A stretch of 64,000 nt of DNA. It comes from Eledone cirrhosa (lineage: Eukaryota). The notes under the pieces are model-generated. The model saw only the letters and a list, made by a program, of their open reading frames with translations, ran no database searches and had not been told where the DNA came from. The DNA lies in the NCBI GenBank assembly GCA_964016885.1, contig OZ024740.1:256184001-256248000 (forward strand), in the 5' to 3' direction. Below, in pieces: positions 57,210-64,000 of this stretch. Made by a program: the position numbers and the translations under genes. Positions within the stretch are counted from its first letter, which is position 1. Every line of letters starts with the position of its first letter.

Positions 57210-60200
57210 ATGGCCATATTAAGAGTAGGAAGTTTAAATGTTCGTAGTCTGGGGTCACCCTGGAAGCAGGGTCACCTGCTCAACGAAGTCAGGTCTCTGG
57301 TAATAAATGTGATTGCCGTCAGCTAGACCAGGATTTCTGACACGCGTGCACTAGCCCCCATTTTCGACGACTATCAGATCTTAGCATCTGTTAGCAGGCC
57401 GGGAATGGTAGGTGGGGTAGCAGTGCTGTTTAAGGCATAGATCTCGAGGTAAGGTCGATCTTCCGGGACCGGACGGTAGGTTGGTAGTCCTGGATGTGAA
57501 CAATAACGAAGGTGGTGCCTTTAGACTGGTGGCCGTCTACGCTCTTACGGGGCCGGGAGACCGGTCTTCTTTTGGCGCCTGGAAGCCTTTCTGGGTACGT
57601 CTCACCCTTTACTGTTAGCGGGGGACTGGAACGGCATCTTAGACGCACGCTGGGATTGTGTGGGAGTAGCTGACAGGAGCGTGGAGGGTGGCTGGGGGGT
57701 GCAAAAGCCTCAAGCACCTAATCAGCCAGTTCCAACTATCTGGCAGGTACCGACTAGATTTCCCCAATGCGCCAGTGTGGACGTTGACCAGCCACATAGG
57801 GTCATCTAGATCGTATATAGACAGGATCTTCATTAGGAAAATAGATAGAAATAGTGTAGGCTGCCCACCTTTTAAAACGGTCGCCTATTTAGATCACAAA
57901 TTTGTGATATGTATGGTCGACCTAGATAAAACGCGTAGGTTAGGACCTGGTTACTGGGAGCTGAACATGTTATTTCCGGCATGTAAGGATTACAGAGACC
58001 AGGTCAACAATATAGTTAAGCAAACGTTGACAGGGGGGATCGTCAAGAACAGATGGTGGGGGGCTCTCAAAAGAAAGATTAGAATAACTTCGATAGAGTT
58101 TAGCAAAGAAGTAACGTAAGAGAAAAATAGAAAGGAGGGGGAGCTGGTAGATAAATTAGATGAGGCTATTTGTAGTGGAATTGCAACGGACGTGCTCGCG
58201 GCGAGAATGGCATTAGACCATTTCTTCAATGCGAAACACGAAAGTTGCATTGTCAGAGCTAAGGCGGGTGCACTGAGAAACGAGGGAACCAAAGCTGTTC
58301 GATGGGCCTGCGTGGCAGAAGCGCAGGGTGGTAATAAAACCAGAATTCAGTCTTTGACGGAGAGACGGACAAGAGATGAGCGATTCTAAGCGAATGCGTG
58401 AGGCCTTTCGCCAGCACTTTTCTCGGTTGTTCGGGGAGTGTGGTGGGTTAGAGACAGGAGCGGACTGCAGTCCCTACCTTGACGGCTTGCCGGGCATCTC
58501 GACGGTCGACGTTGAGCGCTGCGAAAGGCCGATTACCTCAGCCAAAATTCTGGATGCCCTTGTCGGCTGCACGAGGCGCAAGTCACCCTGGCTGGATGGC
58601 CTGCCCTACGAGCTTTACGTAAATATGCCAGACTTGTTCTCCGATCTCCTCGAAGCACTCTACTACAACTGGCAGCAGAATGGGAGTATTCCAAGTTCTG
58701 TGAGCAGGAGAGTGGTTACGCTGATAAGTATAGACGAGAACAAGAGGGATACATTAGACAACTTCAGGCTCATAACTCTGTCCTACACAGAGTTTAAGAT
58801 TTTGGCCAAGGTGTTAGCAAAGAGATTGGTGCTTGTCGTCGAGGATTTGGTTGGGGAGGCGGAAACTTGCGCACTCCCAACCAGGTCAATACATGACAAC
58901 CTCCACCTCATGTGATACATCATAGAGAGTGTAGGGTGTAAACCTGGCTTCGGTGGGGCACTGATCAATTTAGATAAATTGAAAGCATTCGATAGGGTCG
59001 ACCATCGGTACCTGGAGGCTGTCCTCAAAGCAGCTGGCTTTGGCCGCATCTTCAGAAGGTGGATCGCCGCACAGCGGCATCTGCTCGGTGGTCAAAGTTA
59101 ATGGCCACCTCAAGGAATCGTTTCAGGTCTCCCGATCGGTCCGTCAAGTGTGCCCTCTCTCTTCCATTCTGTACGTATTGACTCTCGAGACTTTACAGCG
59201 GAAGCTGGAGCTGTTGTAGGGCCTCCCGTTCGAACCGGGACACGGAGGGCTGTGTTGGCTTATGCGGACGATATCACCGTGATAGTGTCGGACACCTCTG
59301 AAATCAAGGTGGTCGGCACCTTATTGGAGGAATATGAAAGGTTCACGAGAGTAAAACTTAACCCGGAAAAGTCGGTGGGCTTGCAGTTCGGCACCTGGAG
59401 AGGCAAGGCCACATGCCGTCCAACAGCGTCGTGGGCGCTGGACGGGTGGAAAAGAATCGGGACTAGGTAACGAGCAGAGTAGCCAGTCCCACCCAAAAAT
59501 GGGCTGGGGGGAAGCTCTCAGTGAAAAGTCGCGCGGAGGTGGCGAATGCGTACATTGCGTCCGTCATCTACTACTGCCTGACCGTCGTGCCTTGCCCCGT
59601 CCGCGCCTCGTCAAGTTGGAACGGCTCTTCTTCAAATTCTTGTGGAGGGGACAAGTTTCGTTGTTGAGGAGGTCCATCTGCTGCCAGCACCCTCTACGTG
59701 CACAGACATTCGCTGAGGTTGCGACATCTCCAGATATTTTGCCTAAACGGTGAACAGGTGTGGTTGCCGTTCATCAGACGAGCCTTTCCGCAGCTTGTCT
59801 CTTTAACTGGGCTGCAGTACTGGGTCAAGTAGAAAGCAAGTCTGGGTGACTGGCATCTGGAATGGACACTCATTGCCCTCTACCAAGTGGGCAATGCGAT
59901 CAGTGGAACTTCCACTCTCGAGTTCTATAGAGGATTAGTCGTGGGAAAGTGCAACGACACACTCGGAGAGGCTCTGGCCTTCGACGAAGTCGAACAGACC
60001 AGTCTGTTCCGGAGCACTTGGGAGCCGGGGACGATGGATAACTTCCAGAAATCCCTCTCTCACTTGTCCAATGTCCGTGCATTACTGACTAGTGGAGTTA
60101 TGTCGAACAACTGTTGTCACATGTAGAACGGATCCGGCTATCGGGCGAGTCCATAGTGAAGATCGACCCTCCGCTTTCCTTTGGCCAGGAAGGGCAGGCA

Positions 60201-60437
60201 ATTTTCCTCTGTCTGGTGGCAGTTGCGAAAGAGGTTGTATGGTGGACCAGGCTGAAAGGACTGAAGACAGACACTTTTCTTCAGCCAATCACTCATCAAC
60301 TTTATCAAGTTTCACCTGGAAAAGAAGGTGAGGGTGGAGAGAGAAGTGCTCCCCCCCCCAGTACATTTGCTAAAAAGTGGATGAATGTGGTGAGAATGGC
60401 CCGTGTGAGTGGGCTTACTCTGACCATGCGCCAATAG
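57210..60437 (+). pseudogene. LINE ORF2 (APE-RT), copy 4
   Basis: Motifs MAILRVGSLNVR, GDWN, SYIDRIF, YLDH, GPGYWELN, KSPWLDGLP, AFDRVDH and YADD; many frameshifts. Confidence 0.94.
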
Positions 60438-60728
60438 GCTGGCTAATTTGAGGAGGAGAGGGGTGCTCTCCCCGGGTGCCCGAGAAGCGCAGGGTGGTTC
60501 AGGATTGGTGGGGTCCCTAAGTCACCCCTGGGTTGTCCACCCCCTATTGAGTAATTTATTTTGTTATATTTATGCATAGTTTATTTTATATCTCTATATT
60601 TTCATTGTTAAATTAATCTTGCCACGCGAGCTTATTGTAAACCCCCACTGTCCGTCCGTGTCTTTGTATTGTCCCCTACATGTCGGTCCTTCTGGCCAAT
60701 AAATGAAATCATTATTATTATTATTATT

Positions 60729-60927
60729 GGCTATGGATTGGCAGTATCGGTAGAGGCTTGGACGCCATGCTTTGTAACATAGAGTTACGGCCCTTTATGG
60801 TCTGAGTTCAACACCCGCCGAGGTTAACTTTGCCTTTCATCCTTACGGGGTCGATAAAATAAAGTACCAGTAATACACTGGAATAATTGCTGGCCTTGTA
60901 CCAAAAGTAGAAACAATTGTTATTATT
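60729..60927 (+). mobile_element. tRNA-derived SINE (internally deleted) with TTA tail
   Basis: A-box-like TGGCAGTATCGG (60739) and B-box-like GAGTTCAACACCC (60804). Core CTTTGCCTTTCATCCTTACGGGGTCGATAAAATAAAGTACCAG resembles an abundant cephalopod SINE as I recall it (not database-checked). Ends GAAACAATTGTTATTATT. Confidence 0.82.
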
Positions 60928-61230
60928 GTCTATTGGTGTGATCGGACGTCGTTTTGCTCGCTCCCGTAAATCTCTTTATTTACTTTTCATAAATCATTTA
61001 TTGTAAATTTTTGTTGTCGTGTAAGGGACATAAGCCCTTGGATTTTGCCCTGTGAAGGGGAAAGTATAATAGTTGGGTCTTTTGGCCTAAATATTTGAAC
61101 TTTAGTTAAAATATAATTTTTTTCAAAAAAACAAAACATGGCGGAGCCATGCCCCCAACTTCCTCTGACAGTGGTTTAAACGTTGAGGCAAATAACGCTG
61201 CCCCTCCCACCAACAATGTAACATATCTGC
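60928..61230 (+). mobile_element. Probable 5' end (5'UTR + ORF1 start) of a fifth Tx1-like LINE, truncated
   Basis: ATTTGAACTTT...TTTTCAAAA...ATG (ATG at 61138) resembles the copy 1 and copy 3 leaders. Hairpin GGGA-NN-TAAGCCC is shared with the copy 4 leader. Confidence 0.55.
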
Positions 61231-61236
61231 TTTAAT

Positions 61237-61607
61237 TTACGGACTGTGGTCACTTCTAACCGACCAAATCAACAACAGGAGGTTAAATCGTATGTAGGCA
61301 TGGTGGAGGGCTAGTTTAAGGAACGCTTCCTGAATAATCAGTCGACCTTCAGATACCCGGTCAAACGATCGTCCACGTATGCTCCTCCAAGGACACAGGC
61401 GTGGATTACTCCATCCAATTGAAAGTTATTACTAAGTCTAAGCCATAATGAAATTGGAATCCGTCTTGAGGGGTGTGCATTGAAGAACGAATCAATAACC
61501 TGAGAAGATTAGGTAATAGCACTTGTCCAAATTCAAGGAATGAACTTTTTTCACGTTGTCCACACGTCTGGAAACACCTATTACGTAATTACAAAGCTCC
61601 AGATTGA
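61237..61607 (+). pseudogene. GIY-YIG endonuclease C-terminus of a Penelope-like element
   Basis: Manual translation gives RTVVTSN...KSYVGMVEG*FKERFLNNQSTFRYP, then KDTGVDYSIQLKVITKSKP...GVCIEE...NSRNELFSRCPHVWKHLLRNYK*. This matches the YIG-T-FK-R and CL-E/LN-R-E---C-H pattern of PLE endonucleases. Confidence 0.82.
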
Positions 61608-62002
61608 CTAACAATCTATAATATTCTCGAATGAATAACATGAATAGTATATAATTATTCCGAGCATCCCCAGTTATCTCTTAAACATCGATCGTTGGTT
61701 TACCCCCAGCCCCCACTCCTTTGGGAAGTGACTGTTTCTGCACATGCGCATTCGTACAGTTGTTTTTCCTTTTCCGTACAACCTCATTTGAACCGAGCTG
61801 TTGATGCGAATAAGGTGAAACAATTGTTTTCAGCAATGGTGAACTAACTGTTGTGGAACTACTTCTATATATATATATATATATATAAATCTTAATTCTT
61901 TTTTATTATAAGTTGAGCCAACTTACGCAGCTTCATATGCAAATGAGATTAATCACCTCATTTACACAGACGAGAAAAGTATATATTCTCAGCTGTCTTC
62001 TA

Positions 62003-62096
62003 GTCCAGCAGTCGCAAGCGGTGGGAGGGACTGCCCTGACGAAGGCCAGTTAAGCCTGAAATGCATAGACGGTTGTCCCCTTTGCTTCTGCTGGAC
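62003..62096 (+). ncRNA. Type I hammerhead ribozyme motif (HHR-A)
   Basis: Core CTGACGA (62036-42); stem II AGGC/GCCT with CAGTTAA loop; GAAA (62058-61); palindromic stem III ATGCAT; UA site at 62066-67. Stem I GGGAC/GTCCC is extended by GCAA/TTGC and a perfect GTCCAGCAG/CTGCTGGAC. Confidence 0.82.
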
Positions 62097-62260
62097 ATCA
62101 CCAGAGTGCGTTAGCCCCCCGGTGTTTGCATAGCTACGGCTTCCTAAACCTGTATTTCTTTGGAGATACGAAATATTTATACATATTGTATAAAGCTATG
62201 TTTGAAGGGAAATCCTATTTCTTTTATATATATTTTTTTGAAATATCCAGTTCTGCGTTT

Positions 62261-62336
62261 ACAGATTGACTTTGTTAGTTTCAGAAGATCCCGTTAAGGG
62301 TGAAAGCAGCGATTCTTTGCTTAAACTTTAATCTGT
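62261..62336 (+). ncRNA. Second type I hammerhead-like fold (HHR-B) with variant core
   Basis: Stem I AGTTT/AAACT plus ACAGATTGA/TTAATCTGT; core CAGAAGA (consensus CUGANGA); stem II CCC/GGG with GTTAA loop; GAAA; stem III GCAG/TTGC; CUU triplet. Confidence 0.65.
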
Positions 62337-62425
62337 TGTTTTAATAAATATTTGCTCTACGGTTCTTATATATTTGATATATATTTATCCTTATCGAGCC
62401 CTCTTTGGATTTTAGTCTTCAAATT

Positions 62426-62462
62426 TATTATTATTACTATTATATATATATATATATATATT
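62426..62462. repeat. (TTA)n/(TA)n microsatellite
   Basis: Direct reading; a similar (TA)n lies at 61866-61887. Confidence 0.9.
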
Positions 62463-62828
62463 ATACATATTTTGCCACATATTTGTTATATTCATTCATT
62501 ATGAGAATGAAGTAGAATTAGTCCTGTAACAGTCATTTATTTAATAAATATGTCGACGTTTCAGAGCATGCACGTTTGGGACTAGATGTTGAAATGGAAA
62601 AAGCGCAGCCGTCGCGCCCGTACTCTTTATGATACATATATATGTATAAAATATGACGATGCAACAGTATAAGACATTCATATATTTCAGATCTCTAATG
62701 TAATTTTGTCAATATCTAGATTGGCGGAAGACAATTCAGAGATAAATCCAATTAGCATATTTCCGGTCTTCGTAGATTTGTAAAGAACATATATAACAAA
62801 TAAAGGATCATCAAGGTTTAGCAATTAA

Positions 62829-63819
62829 TCTATATATATAAAACTGTGGTTGTCTGTCTGTCTATCGATTTTTGGCACACATCTCCTCTTAGAATCTCTC
62901 ACGGAATTGCACCGAAATTGCTATACTTGTACATTGAGCCCTAGCGAAGACATCGGAAAAAAAAATTTCAAATTGACCCACCCTATGTGCCGAAATCGAA
63001 TATAATGTATCGATTTTTGAGCGTAAGTTATCAGTTATTTCCCTTTGTTCTGTTTACATTGAGCGTCTTACGTAAAAAATTACGCTGGCTTTCTCAGCGT
63101 TTTGTCGAGCCAGCAAAATATTGACCTTCAAAATTCATCAGTTCGAACACTAAGCTTCCGTTTTGCTTCATTTCCATTTAAAAGCATTTTAAAACAATAT
63201 TTTTACTTGAAAACAAGTCTATTTAAAGACTACGTAAAACAAGCAAATATTTCGTCGTTAGGCGTGCAGACAGACAGTCGCGCAGACAGACAGTCGTGCA
63301 GAGAGGTGATATACGCGTGCAGACAGATAGTCGTGCAGAGAGGTGATATAGGCGTGCAGACAGACAGTCGTGCAGAGAGGTGATATAGGCGTGCAGACAG
63401 ACAGTCGTGCAGAGAGGTGATATAGGCGTGCAGACAGACAGTCGTGCAGAGAGGTGATATAGGCGTGCAGACAGACAGTCGTACAGAGAGGTGATATAGG
63501 CGTGCAGACAGACATAACTGATAATTTGGTTACGCTAATGTTTTTCTCTGCGTTGCAGTGTTTACATTTTCGATCTTTGTTAATAAATAACCAGTGCAGT
63601 TTTTATCCCCAGCATCCTCTTTTGTTATAACATTCGGGTTATCGTTATGTTTTCTTAACTTCATAAGGCATATTGTTGGTTGAGGGAATATTAATCAAAA
63701 ACACCACATGCGAGTCTGCACAGTAGTCACTACAGTTTTTAAGCCAATAAAGAAACTTAACGTTGTAACTTTAACACAGCTACTGAGCGACCCCGAGCAA
63801 CGCCGGGCTTTACTGCTAG
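62829..63819 (+). mobile_element. Non-autonomous Helitron (~990 bp)
   Basis: 5' A|TCTATATATATAAAA...TGTCTGTCTGTC. 3' GC hairpin CCCGAGCAACGCCGGG (63792-63807), 8-nt spacer, then CTAG|T. Inserted between A and T with no target-site duplication. Confidence 0.85.
63259..63514. repeat. 37-bp minisatellite, ~6.5 copies, inside the Helitron
   Basis: Unit TAGGCGTGCAGACAGACAGTCGTGCAGAGAGGTGATA, with GGCGTG at 63351, 63388, 63425, 63462 and 63499. The first unit has an internal 16-nt duplication. Confidence 0.97.
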
Positions 63820-63929
63820 TACATTATATATTTGATTTGCATATGTTTAATAATACTGCAAAAAATATAATTGATTCTAATGATTTTTCTACAGATGTAT
63901 TGAGTGGTACATCCTTTGCAGTAGAATGA

Positions 63930-64000
63930 ATATATATACCTGTGTGTGCGTATGCGTGTGTATGTATATATGCACACACACACATAATATATATATATAT
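63930..64000. repeat. Mixed TA/TG/CA dinucleotide microsatellite
   Basis: Direct reading. Confidence 0.9.

Larger units (their letters stand above)
55749..60728 (+). mobile_element. Tx1/L1-clade LINE, copy 4 (most divergent subfamily, decayed)
   Basis: Own 5'UTR, deleted ORF1, fragmented ORF2, AATAAA at 60698 and (TTA)n at 60711-60728. Confidence 0.94.

Noticed and set aside
39806-60288. Antisense and alternate-frame ORFs over the LINEs (poly-Val/Leu, His-rich, poly-Leu at 49826)
   Set aside because: Shadows of CA-rich ORF1 sequence, of ORF2, or of the TTA microsatellite
39471-60728. HeT-A/TART-like telomere-maintaining retrotransposon array
   Set aside because: Copies are decayed, internal, flanked by other TEs, and no telomeric repeats are present
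39471-60728. Tandem segmental duplication of a single LINE
   Set aside because: 5'UTRs and ORF1s differ between neighbours, lesions are copy-specific, and the most similar pair (1 and 3) is not adjacent
61797-61834. Third hammerhead-like string GCTG-TTGATGC...GAAACAATTGTT..CAGC
   Set aside because: Palindromic stem III is present, but there are two core mismatches and no stem II; at most a relic
61739-61945. NRF1-like TGCACATGCGCA and octamer ATGCAAAT motifs
   Set aside because: Short isolated motifs with no linked gene or snRNA; expected by chance
63102-63929. Short ORFs at 63102, 63258 and 63708
   Set aside because: They overlap the Helitron and its minisatellite and show no recognisable domain

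Overview
Repeat-only eukaryotic (metazoan) DNA with no host gene that I can support. The SINE at 60.7 kb resembles one I recall from octopus genomes, so a cephalopod source is an inference. Bases 1 to ~39,140 are a 13-bp satellite (consensus AACGGCAGACACC, ~3,000 monomers) built from nested 0.5-5 kb duplications; its ORFs are translation artefacts. From 39,471 to 60,728 lie four decayed but 5'-complete Tx1/L1-clade LINEs (ORF1 + APE-RT-CCHC ORF2), all on the + strand. They are joined head-to-tail with only (TTA)n between them. The same chain continues with a tRNA-type SINE and the 5' end of a probable fifth LINE. Downstream are a Penelope-like GIY-YIG remnant followed by two hammerhead-ribozyme folds, then a non-autonomous Helitron carrying a 37-bp minisatellite. 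Best leads: (1) a self-seeding (TTA)n-targeted LINE/SINE train; (2) a splice-donor motif conserved at the ORF1 stop that could fuse ORF1 to ORF2 or excise ORF2; (3) the paired hammerheads. All alignments and folds were done by eye.
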